From Clostridia bacterium (lineage in GTDB: Bacteria > Bacillota > Clostridia > Christensenellales > UBA1242): a stretch of DNA of 58,340 nucleotides. Of this stretch, positions 1-9,484 are shown one piece after another; the first letter of the stretch is position 1; every line of letters starts with the position of its first letter. The translations under genes were made by a program, and so were the position numbers. The notes beneath the pieces were generated by a model, which was not told where the DNA came from, did not search any database, and saw only the letters and a program-made list of their open reading frames with translations. Where the stretch lies: assembly GCA_045637945.1 (NCBI GenBank), contig JAZUAI010000048.1, positions 1-58,340 of the forward strand. The letters run 5' to 3'.

Positions 1-99
1 ATAAAATATAATTATTATTAAAGTTAATAAAATAAAGATAAAATTTGGTTATTCTATTGCTTTTTTAAAACTTTTTTGATAATATGTTTTTTGTTAAAT

Positions 100-174
100 G
101 GCATCATAGTATAATGGTTAGTACGCTGGCCTCTCAAGCCGGTAATACGGGTTCGAACCCCGTTGGTGCTACCA
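100..174 (+). tRNA. tRNA-Glu (anticodon CTC)
   Basis: Hand-folded cloverleaf. Acceptor GGCATCA/TGGTGCT (two G-U pairs). D arm GTAT-AATGGTTA-GTAC. Anticodon stem CTGGC/GCCGG with loop CTCTCAA. T arm ACGGG-TTCGAAC-CCCGT. CCA is encoded. Confidence 0.85.
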
Positions 175-182
175 CAAACAAT

Positions 183-219
183 AAAAAAGACTTATCTTAG
201 TTGATAAGTCTTTTTTTTA
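183..219. terminator. Bidirectional intrinsic terminator (tRNA-Glu / rubrerythrin)
   Basis: 9-bp stem AGACTTATC/GATAAGTCT with loop TTAGTT. It is flanked by an A-run upstream and a T8 run downstream. Confidence 0.8.
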
Positions 220-221
220 TT

Positions 222-869
222 TTAATAATTTTCTGCGTTAACTTCAAAATAACTTTGAGGATGAGCACATGTTGGGCATACTTCTGGAGCTTTTTTGCCA
301 ACAACGATATGTCCGCAATTTCTGCATTCCCAAACTTTAATTTCACTCTTTTCAAATACTTGTTTTGTTTCAACGTTTTTAAGAAGAGCTCTGTATCTTT
401 CTTCGTGATGCTTTTCAATTGCAGCTACTAATCTGAATTTTTTTGCAAGTTCTGGGAAACCTTCTTCATCAGCTGTTTTTGCAAAACTATCATACATATC
501 TGTCCATTCATAGTTTTCGCCTTCAGCTGCTGCAAGTAAGTTTGCTGCTGTATCGCCTAAACCGTTTAATTCTTTAAACCACATTTTTGCGTGTTCTTTT
601 TCGTTATCAGCTGTTTTTTGGAAAAGTGCTGAAATTTGTTCATAACCTTCCTTTTTTGCAACTGAAGCAAAATATGTATATTTATTTCTTGCTTGGCTTT
701 CACCAGCAAAAGCTTCTTGTAAATTCTTTTCTGTTTGTGTTCCTGCATATGGGTTTGCTTTTACTTCAACAACTTTATCGCCTGTTGCTTTGCAATATGG
801 GCAAACTGGAGTTTCTCCTTCTTTAACTTCAAATTCTTTTTGACATACTAAACATTTATATTTTTTCAT
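222..869 (-). CDS. rbr: Rubrerythrin with an extra N-terminal rubredoxin-like CxxC..CxxC domain
   Basis: 215-aa ORF. N-terminus has CLVC..CPYC. The central ferritin-like diiron region has the ExxH pairs EKEHAKMW and EKHHEERY. The C-terminal rubredoxin has CRNC..CPTC. Confidence 0.85.
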   Translation of the reverse strand: MKKYKCLVCQKEFEVKEGETPVCPYCKATGDKVVEVKANPYAGTQTEKNLQEAFAGESQARNKYTYFASVAKKEGYEQISALFQKTADNEKEHAKMWFKELNGLGDTAANLLAAAEGENYEWTDMYDSFAKTADEEGFPELAKKFRLVAAIEKHHEERYRALLKNVETKQVFEKSEIKVWECRNCGHIVVGKKAPEVCPTCAHPQSYFEVNAENY

Positions 870-931
870 ATTTTTATCTCCTCTTTTTTAACCTTATTTT
901 TTATTAAAAAATTTTTAAAGTCAAGTAATTT

Positions 932-2701
932 TTATTCGTTATCCTTTTTAGGTAAATCAAGTTTAATGTGAACATCTTTAAGTTGTTGTGGGAAAACTTG
1001 ATTTGGTGCGCCCATAAGTGGGTCTTGAGCTGATTTGTTCATTGGGAAAGCAATAACTTCTTTAATACTTTCTTCATCACAAATAAACATAAGCAATCTA
1101 TCAAAGCCAATTGCAGCGCCTGCGTGAGGAGGAGCCCCATATTTGAAAGCATTGAAAAGTGCTGGGAATTTATTTTCAACAACTTCTTTTGGATAACCTG
1201 CAATTCTAAATGCCTCAACCATAACATCACAGTTGTGATTTCTAACAGCGCCACTAGCAAGTTCAACACCATTTAATACAAGGTCATATTGGTAAGCAAT
1301 AATTTCAAGTGGGTTTTGTTCTTTTAAAGCCTTCATTTCTCCTTGTGGCATTGAGAAAGGATTGTGTGAAAATTCTACCTTACCTTCATCATCTTCTTCA
1401 TAGAAAGGAAAATCAACAACAAAACATGGCTTGAAAACATTTTTATCAATCAAATCTAATTTATTACCAAGCTCATTTCTAAGTAAGCCTGCTAATTTCA
1501 TAGCTTTTAATCTTTTTGGATCAGCAATAATAAATATTGTTTCACCATTTTCTAAGTTCATTTTTTCAATAAGTTTCTTAGTATCGTTTTCATCAAAGAA
1601 TTTTGCTGCAGGGCCAGTAAATTCATTGTTTTCATATTTTAAGTAAACAAGACCACCTGCGCCTTGCAATTTAATATAATCTGTTAAACCATCAAAAAAT
1701 CTTCTGCCCATTTCATTTGCTTTTGCTTTTGTTGCAAAAATATTTTTGCTGTTTAAAACTGCAAATGTGTGATTTGTAAAATCTTGTGTTAAATCAACTA
1801 AAGTTAATGGATTGCGTAAGTCTGGTTTATCTGAACCATATGTAAGCATTGCATCGTTAAACTTAATGCGTCTAAATGGTGGTTTATCAACTTCTAACTT
1901 TGTAAAATGAGTTAAAGTATTGTATAAAACAGTTTCTAATACTTGTAAAATTTCATCTTGAGTTGCAAAACTAACTTCAAAGTCTAATTGATAAAAGTCT
2001 GTTGGGCTACGGTCTGCTCTGGCATCTTCATCTCTAAAACATGGAGCGATTTGGAAATATCTGTTAAAACCACTAACCATAAGCAATTGTTTAAATTGTT
2101 GTGGACTTTGAGGTAAAGCATAGAAATTTCCTGGATTCATTCTACTTGGAACCAAGAAGTCTCTTGCACCTTCTGGACTTGATGATGTCAAAATTGGAGT
2201 TTGAACTTCTGTAAACTCTAAATCATTCATTTGTTGTCTAATAAATTTAAGCAACTCTGCTCTTAAAAGAATGTTTGAGTAGTTTTGTTCATTTCTTAAG
2301 TCTAAATACCTGTATTTAAGTCTAGTATTTTCGTTTTGATCTCTTGCTTTTAAAATTTCAAAAGGTAAAACCTCTGTGCAAGGACCTAAAACTTTAATTT
2401 CTTGTGCTAAAATTTCAATTTCACCAGTAGCCATTTCGGTGTTTATGTTTTTTTCGCCACGAGACCTGACTTCACCTGAAATTGAAACAGTGCTTTCTCT
2501 TGTTAAATTTTCAACAAGTTTTTCATCTTCAACAAACACTTGCACAACACCTGTTTGGTCACGTAATGTAATAAATGTTAGGCCACCCATTTTTCTTATG
2601 TTGTTAACCCAACCAGCTACTTTAACAATAGCACCAATATGTTTTGCACTTAGTTTGCCGCACATATGAGTATGATATATGTTATTTTTTAAGCTAATCA
2701 T
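932..2701 (-). CDS. aspS: Aspartate--tRNA ligase
   Basis: Class II AspRS hallmarks are present: N-terminal OB-fold (HMCGKL..GWVNNIRKMGGLTFITLRDQTGVVQV), CFRDEDARADRSP, and C-terminal PPHAGAAIGFDRL. The start is set at the internal Met (MISLKNN), which has a GAGAGA SD. The upstream ATG at 2734 lacks an SD and sits beside a TATAAT box. Confidence 0.93.
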   Translation of the reverse strand: MISLKNNIYHTHMCGKLSAKHIGAIVKVAGWVNNIRKMGGLTFITLRDQTGVVQVFVEDEKLVENLTRESTVSISGEVRSRGEKNINTEMATGEIEILAQEIKVLGPCTEVLPFEILKARDQNENTRLKYRYLDLRNEQNYSNILLRAELLKFIRQQMNDLEFTEVQTPILTSSSPEGARDFLVPSRMNPGNFYALPQSPQQFKQLLMVSGFNRYFQIAPCFRDEDARADRSPTDFYQLDFEVSFATQDEILQVLETVLYNTLTHFTKLEVDKPPFRRIKFNDAMLTYGSDKPDLRNPLTLVDLTQDFTNHTFAVLNSKNIFATKAKANEMGRRFFDGLTDYIKLQGAGGLVYLKYENNEFTGPAAKFFDENDTKKLIEKMNLENGETIFIIADPKRLKAMKLAGLLRNELGNKLDLIDKNVFKPCFVVDFPFYEEDDEGKVEFSHNPFSMPQGEMKALKEQNPLEIIAYQYDLVLNGVELASGAVRNHNCDVMVEAFRIAGYPKEVVENKFPALFNAFKYGAPPHAGAAIGFDRLLMFICDEESIKEVIAFPMNKSAQDPLMGAPNQVFPQQLKDVHIKLDLPKKDNE

Positions 2702-2840
2702 AAATGTGTATCTCTCTTTTAATATATTAAACAACTATATATTATACATAAACACATTAAAAATCAATTATTTTCTTAAAAATAACCTTTTTTTTCTTTA
2801 TTTTTTTTAATGTGCAAAACGACAATAAAAAGCCATTTTA

Positions 2841-2869
2841 TTGACAAAATTGACTTTTGGTAATATAAT
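2841..2869 (+). promoter_or_regulatory. Consensus sigma-A promoter (TTGACA-17-TATAAT)
   Basis: TTGACA at 2841-2846, a 17-nt spacer, then TATAAT at 2864-2869. This lies about 34 nt upstream of the ATG at 2903, which is preceded by a GGAGG SD. Confidence 0.7.
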
Positions 2870-2902
2870 ATGAACAAATAAAAAATATGGAGGCATTTAA
2901 TC

Positions 2903-3745
2903 ATGGGAAAAAATAGAATGAAAGATAGACATGATAAACTTGCATATAAAATGAAATATGGTGAAAACGGTGGTTTAATTAAAAACACTTTGAATATTGT
3001 TCAAGGAACTTTAAATGCTGCTGCTGTTGCTGGCGCTTCATATGGTGGAATTCAAATTTATGAGGCTGCTTCACAAAACCCTGAAATGCTTGGCAGATAT
3101 GTTGCTGCTGGTATAGCAGCTACTGTGGCTGCAGGTTGTTTATATGGATTAGGCAAACTTTCAAAAGCAACTGTATTTAAAAAGATTCCTTCTTTTGTAA
3201 GAGAAACTGCTTCACGTGTTGGCAGAGTTGTTGGTGGAGTTGTTATTCCATTAAGTCTTTCAGCTTGCTTAATCTTTGGTGGTGGCGGCGAAGAAGCTAA
3301 GGATATTCCAGTTGACACAACTCACCCAACTGGTGTTTGTGAACAATGCGGACAAAATTATGAAGATCTTTTAAAAAGATTAGAAGAATTGGGTGCTAAA
3401 GTTGATGACTTTAAAGGTTGCAACTGCAAACAAAACCAACAAAAAGATCCTCCTCAAAAAGATCCAACTGAAGAAACTACTACTCCTACAGATCCAACTG
3501 AAGATACCGATGTTGATATTGAGGAACCTACTGATCCAAAACCTACTGATCCAAAACCTACTGAACCTGAAGAAACTGAACCAACCGAACCTGAACAAAC
3601 TGAACCTGAACAAACCGAACCTACTCAACCAAAAAACCCTATTGATGTTGACCAAGATGAACACATTGTTGATACTACAGGTGGTTCAACTACTGCAACA
3701 GGAACAGTAAAAACAAATACAACTAACCACGAAATGGGAAACTAA
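2903..3745 (+). CDS. Hypothetical membrane protein with an acidic Pro/Thr/Glu repeat tail
   Basis: 280-aa ORF with a consensus promoter and SD. It has two or three Ala/Gly-rich hydrophobic segments, a CEQCG..CNC segment, and then PTDPKPTDPKPTEPEETEPTEPEQTEPEQTEPTQP. I recognise no family. Confidence 0.6.
   Translation: MGKNRMKDRHDKLAYKMKYGENGGLIKNTLNIVQGTLNAAAVAGASYGGIQIYEAASQNPEMLGRYVAAGIAATVAAGCLYGLGKLSKATVFKKIPSFVRETASRVGRVVGGVVIPLSLSACLIFGGGGEEAKDIPVDTTHPTGVCEQCGQNYEDLLKRLEELGAKVDDFKGCNCKQNQQKDPPQKDPTEETTTPTDPTEDTDVDIEEPTDPKPTDPKPTEPEETEPTEPEQTEPEQTEPTQPKNPIDVDQDEHIVDTTGGSTTATGTVKTNTTNHEMGN
3527..3630 (+). repeat. In-frame tandem 15-nt/9-nt repeats encoding a PTDPK/TEPEx tract
   Basis: CCTACTGATCCAAAA occurs twice in tandem (3527-3556). 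It is followed by degenerate CCTACTGAACCTGAA / ACTGAACC(T/A)GAACAA units. Confidence 0.8.
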
Positions 3746-3764
3746 TTTATAATAAAAAACAAAA

Positions 3765-3793
3765 AGAACACTTCAAAAAGTGTTCTTTTTTTT
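3765..3793. terminator. Bidirectional intrinsic terminator
   Basis: Stem AGAACACTT/AAGTGTTCT with loop CAAA. A-run upstream and T-run downstream. It sits between convergent gene ends (3745 and 3823). Confidence 0.8.
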
Positions 3794-3822
3794 GTTTATA
3801 TTTAATTTTAACAGAAACAATA

Positions 3823-5199
3823 TTAGTTAAGTTTGTTTAAAACATAGTCTTTTAAATCTTCAATTTTAATTCTTTCTTGTTTCATTGTATCTCTATCACG
3901 AACAGTTACACAGTTATCTTCTAGAGTATCAAAGTCAATTGTTACGCAGAATGGTGTTCCAATTTCGTCATGTCTTCTATATCTTTTACCAATACTTCCA
4001 GATTCATCAAAGTCACAGTTAAATTCTTTTTGAATAAGTTTAAATACTTCTGTAGCTTTTTCATTTAAATTCTTTTGAAGTGGTAAAACAGCAACTTTAA
4101 ATGGAGCAAGTTGTGGTTTTAATTTTAAAACAACCCTTGTTTCTCCGCCTTCAAGTTCTTCAACATTGTAAGCATCACAAAGAGTTACTAAGAATAATCT
4201 GTCAGCACCAATTGAATATTCAACAATATTTGGTAAAATCTTTTCATTTGTAAAAGGATCTGTATAAAGCATTGTTTTTCCTGAATACTCTTGGTGACGT
4301 GATAAATCCCATGTTCCTCTATGGTGAATACCATTTAATTCTTGCCAACCAATTGGAAATTTGTATTGAATATCACAAGCAGCTTTTGCATAGTGAGCAA
4401 GTTTATCGTGATCATGATATCTTAATTTTTCTGGGTTAATACCAATAACATTTTTAACAAAGTCTAAAGCTTTTGCCTTATAATCTTTGTAAACATCCAT
4501 ACTTTCTTCTTCTTTGCAGAATTTTTGAAGTTCCATTTGTTCAAATTCAACTGTTCTAAATAAGAAGTTTCCTGGTGTAATTTCATTTCTAAAGGATTTA
4601 CCAATTTGAGCAATTGCAAAAGGAACTTTTGCTCTCATAGTTCTTTGAACGTTTTGAAAGTTAATATACTCACCTTGGCAAGTTTCTGGACGAAGGTAAA
4701 CAACATCGTTTGCTCCACCTTCACCGATCATTTGACGAGATGTTGTAAACATTGGGTTAAACTTTCTAATTTTAGTCCAATCTTTATTTCCGCAATTTGG
4801 ACATTTTACATTATTGTCTTCAATATATTTTTCTAATTCTTCATCAGTCATCGCTTCTGCTGAAACTGTGTTTTTGCTGTGATTTTCTACAATAGTATCT
4901 GCTCTAAATCTTTGTTTACAGACTTTACAATCCATTTTTGGATCACCAAAGCTTTGAACGTGACCACTTGCTTCCCATACTCTTGGGTTCATTAAAATTG
5001 CAGCATCAACACCATAAGTTGAAGCATCTTCTTGAACAAAGGTCTTCCACCATGCTCTTTTAATGTTGTTTTTTAGCTCTACACCAAGTGGACCAAAGTC
5101 CCATGTGTTTGCAAAACCACCATAGATTTCACTTCCTGGGAAAACAAATCCCCTGCTTTTGCAAAAAGCTACTATTTGTTGCATTGTAATTTCTTCCAT
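3823..5199 (-). CDS. glyQS: Glycine--tRNA ligase (alpha2 homodimeric type)
   Basis: 458-aa ORF. N-terminus is IVAFCKSRGFVFPGSEIYGGFANTWDFGPLG. Class II core and C-terminal anticodon-binding region are present. A Gly T-box leader precedes it. Confidence 0.95.
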   Translation of the reverse strand: MEEITMQQIVAFCKSRGFVFPGSEIYGGFANTWDFGPLGVELKNNIKRAWWKTFVQEDASTYGVDAAILMNPRVWEASGHVQSFGDPKMDCKVCKQRFRADTIVENHSKNTVSAEAMTDEELEKYIEDNNVKCPNCGNKDWTKIRKFNPMFTTSRQMIGEGGANDVVYLRPETCQGEYINFQNVQRTMRAKVPFAIAQIGKSFRNEITPGNFLFRTVEFEQMELQKFCKEEESMDVYKDYKAKALDFVKNVIGINPEKLRYHDHDKLAHYAKAACDIQYKFPIGWQELNGIHHRGTWDLSRHQEYSGKTMLYTDPFTNEKILPNIVEYSIGADRLFLVTLCDAYNVEELEGGETRVVLKLKPQLAPFKVAVLPLQKNLNEKATEVFKLIQKEFNCDFDESGSIGKRYRRHDEIGTPFCVTIDFDTLEDNCVTVRDRDTMKQERIKIEDLKDYVLNKLN

Positions 5200-5257
5200 T
5201 TTTTTATCCTCTCTCTTTTTATTTTTAGATTAAGTTGTAAAGAAACTATTTTTGCAT

Positions 5258-5422
5258 AAAAAAAGCCCCTTAACAACTTTTAAAAAGTAGTTAAGGGACG
5301 ATAATTTTTTATTACCGCGGTTCCACCCTAATTGGATAAAATCCCACTTTAAACTTTTGTCGTAAAGTAAAACGGATATCATTTTAATATCTCCAAGCAA
5401 ATCGCCACTTTGCTTATTGGAT
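5258..5422 (-). promoter_or_regulatory. T-box riboswitch leader (glycine specifier candidate GGC)
   Basis: The minus strand reads AATTAGGGTGGAACCGCGG (plus 5315-5333), which is the conserved T-box sequence. It is followed by terminator CCCTTAAC...GTTAAGGGG plus T7 (plus 5258-5299). The UGGA in the T-box bulge matches a U73 discriminator, as seen in the tRNA-Gly at 26581. A GGC triplet in the upstream hairpin AAGCAAA-GTGGCGA-TTTGCTT (plus 5404-5406) is the candidate specifier. I could not resolve stem I architecture by eye. Confidence 0.85.
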
Positions 5423-5428
5423 AGTTTG

Positions 5429-5457
5429 ATGTTAACAAACATTTTTTTGTTTGTCAA
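5429..5457 (-). promoter_or_regulatory. Sigma-A promoter of the glyQS leader (TTGACA-17-TAACAT)
   Basis: The minus strand has TTGACA (plus 5452-5457), a 17-nt spacer and TAACAT (plus 5429-5434). Confidence 0.55.
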
Positions 5458-5480
5458 CTCTTATTTTTATTGTTTTTTTA

Positions 5481-6677
5481 TTAAATAAGTTCTTTTGTTT
5501 GTCTTGCAATACTCATTTCTTCATCTGTAGGAATAACATATACTGCTACTTTTGAACTATCTTTTGAAATTTTAAAGTTTTCGCCTCTTACAAAGTTTGT
5601 ATTTGCTTCAAAGTCAAAATCAACACCAAGATATTCAAAATCTTTCATAATCAATTCTCTAATATCGTCACGGTTTTCGCCTGTTCCTGCACTGAAAGCA
5701 ATAGCATCAACACCATTCATAACTGCTGCATAACTACCAATGTATTTTTTAACAACATAAGCAAATTTATTAACAGCAAGTTCTGATTTTTTATTACCTT
5801 CTTTTGCTGTTTTTGCAACGTCACGCATATCATTTGAAAGTTCACTTAAACCAAGTAAACCACTCTTTTTATTTAAAGCGTTTAACATTTGGTTAATATT
5901 CATACCTGTTTTATCCATAACAAATTCTAAAACAGCTGGGTCAATATCTCCACAACGAGTTCCCATTACCAATCCTTCAAGTGGTGTGAAACCCATTGAA
6001 GTATCAACGCATTTACCATTTTTAATAGCACAAATACTTGCACCATTACCCAAGTGGCATGAAATAATTTTAAGATCTTTAATATCTTTGCCTAAAACTT
6101 TTGCAATTTCGTTTGCAATATATTCGTGGCTTGTTCCATGGAAACCATATTTTCTTACACGGTATTCTTCATACCAGTTATAAGGAACAGCATACATATA
6201 TGCATAATCAGGCATTGTTTGATGGAAAGCTGTATCAAATACTGCAACATTTTTTGTGTCTGGCATAACTTCTTGACATGCTTTAATACCAAGAATGTTT
6301 GCTGGCATATGAAGAGGTCCTAGTGGAATGTTTTCGTTAAGATCTTCCATAACTTCTTCATCAATTAAAACTGCTGTTTTATATTTTTCTGCTCCGTGCA
6401 ATACTCTGTGACCAATAGCAGAAATTTCTTTTAAATCTTTAATAACACCAATTTTTTCATCAACTAATGTATTAAGAACAAGTTCCATACCTTGAGCATG
6501 GTTTTCTAAAGGTCTCTTAATTTCTGTTGCAGTTCCGTTTGCTTTGTGTGTAAGTTGTGATGCTGCAATTTCACCAATTCTTTCTACTAAACCTTTTGCT
6601 AATAAAGTTTCTTTTTCCATATCAATAAGTTGATATTTAATTGAACTGCTTCCTGCGTTAATAACTAAAATTTTCAT
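5481..6677 (-). CDS. ackA: Acetate kinase
   Basis: 398 aa. N-terminus is MKILVINAGSSSIKYQL, and the protein looks ASKHA acetate kinase-like throughout. It lies adjacent to pta. Confidence 0.95.
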   Translation of the reverse strand: MKILVINAGSSSIKYQLIDMEKETLLAKGLVERIGEIAASQLTHKANGTATEIKRPLENHAQGMELVLNTLVDEKIGVIKDLKEISAIGHRVLHGAEKYKTAVLIDEEVMEDLNENIPLGPLHMPANILGIKACQEVMPDTKNVAVFDTAFHQTMPDYAYMYAVPYNWYEEYRVRKYGFHGTSHEYIANEIAKVLGKDIKDLKIISCHLGNGASICAIKNGKCVDTSMGFTPLEGLVMGTRCGDIDPAVLEFVMDKTGMNINQMLNALNKKSGLLGLSELSNDMRDVAKTAKEGNKKSELAVNKFAYVVKKYIGSYAAVMNGVDAIAFSAGTGENRDDIRELIMKDFEYLGVDFDFEANTNFVRGENFKISKDSSKVAVYVIPTDEEMSIARQTKELI

Positions 6678-6717
6678 ATTATTTATCTCCTATTTTTAAA
6701 TCTATTATAAAATCAAA

Positions 6718-7713
6718 TTATTCTTGTGCTTGTAAAGCTGTTACTGCTGTCATAACAACAATATCGTTTACACAGCAACCACGAGACAAATCGTTTATAG
6801 CTTTATTAAAGCCTTGCATAATAATACCAACTGCTTGAAGTTTACCAAATCTTTCCATAAGTTTATAACCAATATTCCCTGAGTTAAGATCTGGGAAGAT
6901 TAAAACATTTGCTTGACCAGCAACTTTGCTACCTTTTCCTTTAAGTTTTCCAACTTCTTCAATTAAAGCACAGTCAAGTTGCATTTCACCGTCTATAATT
7001 AAGTTTTTATCTCTTTCTTTTACAATATTTAAAGCTTCTCTTACTTTTAAGATGCTTTCATCGCTATTTCCACCACTTCCAAAACTTGAAAATGATAACA
7101 TAGCAACTTTTGGTGTAATATTGCAAAAGCTTTTTGCTGATTCAGCTGTAGCAAGAGCAATATCTGCAAGTTGTTCTGCTGTAGGATTAATGTTTAAACT
7201 GCAATCACCTGCAACAACAACATTGTTTTCGCCAAAACCTAATTTATCTGTTCCTACCATCAAAACACATGATGATGCTGTTTTAATGCCTGGTTTTGTT
7301 TTAATAACTTGTAATGCTGGACGTAAAACATCACTTGTTGCTGTTTCTGCGCCACCAACAAAGCCATCAGCATAACCACATTGAACAAGCATTGAAGCAA
7401 AATAAAAATTATCACTTAACAATTTTTTTGCATCTTCTGGAGTTAAACCCTTACTCTTTCTAATTTCAACAAGTTTATCAACAAATTCTGGCATTAAGTC
7501 ACTGTTTTTTGGATTGATAATTGTTGCGTTTTTAATATTAGTTGATTTTTTTGACAAACTGTCTGGATCACCAAGTAAAATAACATTTGCAATTTTTTTC
7601 TTTAAAACAATTTCAACTGCTTCTAAAACCCTTTGGCTATAATCAGCTTCAGGAAAAACGATTGTTTTGTTTAATGCTTTAGCTTTATTAAGTAAATCTT
7701 CAACTTTAAACAT
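6718..7713 (-). CDS. pta: Phosphate acetyltransferase
   Basis: 331-aa short-form PTA_PTB domain protein (GFVGGAETATSDVLRPALQ, DLSRGCCVNDIV), located upstream of ackA. Confidence 0.9.
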   Translation of the reverse strand: MFKVEDLLNKAKALNKTIVFPEADYSQRVLEAVEIVLKKKIANVILLGDPDSLSKKSTNIKNATIINPKNSDLMPEFVDKLVEIRKSKGLTPEDAKKLLSDNFYFASMLVQCGYADGFVGGAETATSDVLRPALQVIKTKPGIKTASSCVLMVGTDKLGFGENNVVVAGDCSLNINPTAEQLADIALATAESAKSFCNITPKVAMLSFSSFGSGGNSDESILKVREALNIVKERDKNLIIDGEMQLDCALIEEVGKLKGKGSKVAGQANVLIFPDLNSGNIGYKLMERFGKLQAVGIIMQGFNKAINDLSRGCCVNDIVVMTAVTALQAQE

Positions 7714-7952
7714 TTATATCTTTTACCTCTTTTAAAAATTTTTTAACAAAATAATTTTGTATCTTTTGAACAAATAATAATATATAACAATAAAATTCAA
7801 ATGTAAACCACTTTTTAAGTTTAAAAGTAAATTTATTGCTTACTAAAACCATACATTTTGTGGATTTAAAATAATGTTTTAGTTTTTGTTTTACTTTTTT
7901 TAAAAAATATTTTATGTTTAAATTAACGACATAAATTTAAGGAGTTTTTATT

Positions 7953-8450
7953 ATGCCAAAGAAAAAAGATTATCTTAGTTGGGACGAATACTTTATGGGT
8001 ATTGCTATTTTAGCATCAAAAAGAAGTAAAGATCCAAACACACAAGTAGGTTCATGTATTGCAAACGATGACAATATTGTTGTTTCTATTGGTTACAATG
8101 GTTTTCCAAGAGGTTGCAGTGATGATGAATTCCCTTGGGAACGTGAAGCTGAAAAAATGGAAGATACAAAATATCCATATGTAGTTCACTCTGAATTAAA
8201 TGCTATTTTAAATAGCCGTCAAAATTTAAAAGGTTGCAAAATCTATGTAACATTATTCCCTTGCAACGAATGTGCAAAAGCTATTATTCAAAGTGGAATT
8301 AAGCAAATTTACTTCCTAAGTGATAAATACCACGACACACCTACACAAAGAGTTTCAAGAAGATTGCTTGATAGTGCTGGTGTTAAATACACTGCTCTTA
8401 ACCTAGGTAAAAAAGAAATTTCTATTAACTACGACAAAGATTTGGTTTAA
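7953..8450 (+). CDS. comEB: dCMP deaminase (ComEB family)
   Basis: 165 aa with the cytidine/deoxycytidylate deaminase zinc motifs HSELNAI and PCNECAKAI. Confidence 0.88.
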   Translation: MPKKKDYLSWDEYFMGIAILASKRSKDPNTQVGSCIANDDNIVVSIGYNGFPRGCSDDEFPWEREAEKMEDTKYPYVVHSELNAILNSRQNLKGCKIYVTLFPCNECAKAIIQSGIKQIYFLSDKYHDTPTQRVSRRLLDSAGVKYTALNLGKKEISINYDKDLV

Positions 8451-8514
8451 TAAACAAAAACAAATAAAAACAGGAGGATATGTGTTTTATCTTCCTGTTT
8501 TTTTTATATTACTT

Positions 8515-9357
8515 CTATTCTTTTTCAATAGGCATACTTTTTGAAGATTTTTTAGTTTTTTTATCTTTAATCCCTAATGCTTTTTTAATTTCTGGCATAA
8601 ATTCTTTTGCGTATTTGATGCCATATTCAATAGATTTTTTAGAGTCTTTAGGTTCAAACTTTTCTGCCCTTACATCTGGTTGATATATTTTGATGTATAT
8701 GTCACCCTTATCTTGCTTATTCTCAACCGAAGAAGCAACAAGTAAATTTACTGAGTTTAAAATAACATCAAGTGTGTTTTTGATTTGTGTTGGCTTTTTA
8801 TAATCAGAAAAAACATCAACTGCTATAATAACATCTGCACCCATTTGTCTTGCTTCATCAACAGGCAAATTATCACAAGCGCCACCATCAACTAAAACTT
8901 TTTTGTCTAGTTTTACAGGCTTAAAAACAGCAGGAATTGAAATGCTTGATCTTATTGCAGTTACAAGGTCTCCTTCAGTAAAAACATATTTTTGACCACT
9001 AATTAAATCAGCTGCAACTGCGCAATATTTTTTTGAGCAATCTTCAATTTTTTTATCGCCTAAAAGTTTTCTTAAAAAATTGGTTACTTTGTTACCAAAC
9101 AGCAAACCTGTGTCTGTTAAAACAAAGGGATTTATATCAACAATAAGTCTTCTTGAAAAAGTTTCAATAATCTTCTCCATTTCTTCAATTGATATTCCAG
9201 CAGCGTATGCGCCTCCAACTAAAGCCCCCATAGATGTTCCTGTAATAATATCAATTGGAATATCATTTTCTAATAATGTTTTTATTACTCCTATATGAGC
9301 AAAACCTAATGCTGCGCCTCCACTTAAAACTAATCCAACTTTTTTTCTTTTAGGCAT
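8515..9357 (-). CDS. Patatin-like phospholipase
   Basis: 280 aa. It has a Gly-rich oxyanion motif LSGGAALGFAHIG, the nucleophile elbow GTSMG, and the catalytic Asp in VDGGACDN. Confidence 0.85.
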   Translation of the reverse strand: MPKRKKVGLVLSGGAALGFAHIGVIKTLLENDIPIDIITGTSMGALVGGAYAAGISIEEMEKIIETFSRRLIVDINPFVLTDTGLLFGNKVTNFLRKLLGDKKIEDCSKKYCAVAADLISGQKYVFTEGDLVTAIRSSISIPAVFKPVKLDKKVLVDGGACDNLPVDEARQMGADVIIAVDVFSDYKKPTQIKNTLDVILNSVNLLVASSVENKQDKGDIYIKIYQPDVRAEKFEPKDSKKSIEYGIKYAKEFMPEIKKALGIKDKKTKKSSKSMPIEKE

Positions 9358-9484
9358 AAATTTATGCTCCTTTTATCTCTAATTTAATTATATGTGTCTT
9401 TTAGCTTTTTTTCAAGTTTTAACAAGACATTATTTAAAAAAGTTTTATTTGCATATTAAAAAGATAAAAAAATAAATTTATTAT

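Noticed and set aside
2702-2840. Searched for a T-box or other leader upstream of aspS, by analogy with glyQS.
   Set aside because: There is no GGGTGGNACCGCG-like element or terminator. A TATAAT box sits only about 30 nt upstream of the preferred start, so the leader is too short.
3380-3710. Alternative-frame ORFs (94 and 105 aa) across the PT/PE repeat.
   Set aside because: They are artefacts of the tandem repeat. They overlap the 280-aa ORF, which has the promoter, SD and terminator.
5230-5457. 75-aa ORF on the minus strand upstream of glyQS.
   Set aside because: It lies entirely within the T-box leader and overlaps both the conserved T-box sequence and the terminator. It has no SD, and its composition reflects the RNA structure.
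6926-7375. 149-aa ORF antisense to pta. Similar antisense ORFs occur at 14367-14723 and 15124-15516 in cadA, 28624-29016 in spoIVA, 32134-32547 in feoB and 53965-54330 in glcK.
   Set aside because: Each is embedded opposite a gene with strong family hallmarks. They have Ser/Leu/Phe/Lys-rich shadow-frame composition and lack SD sequences.
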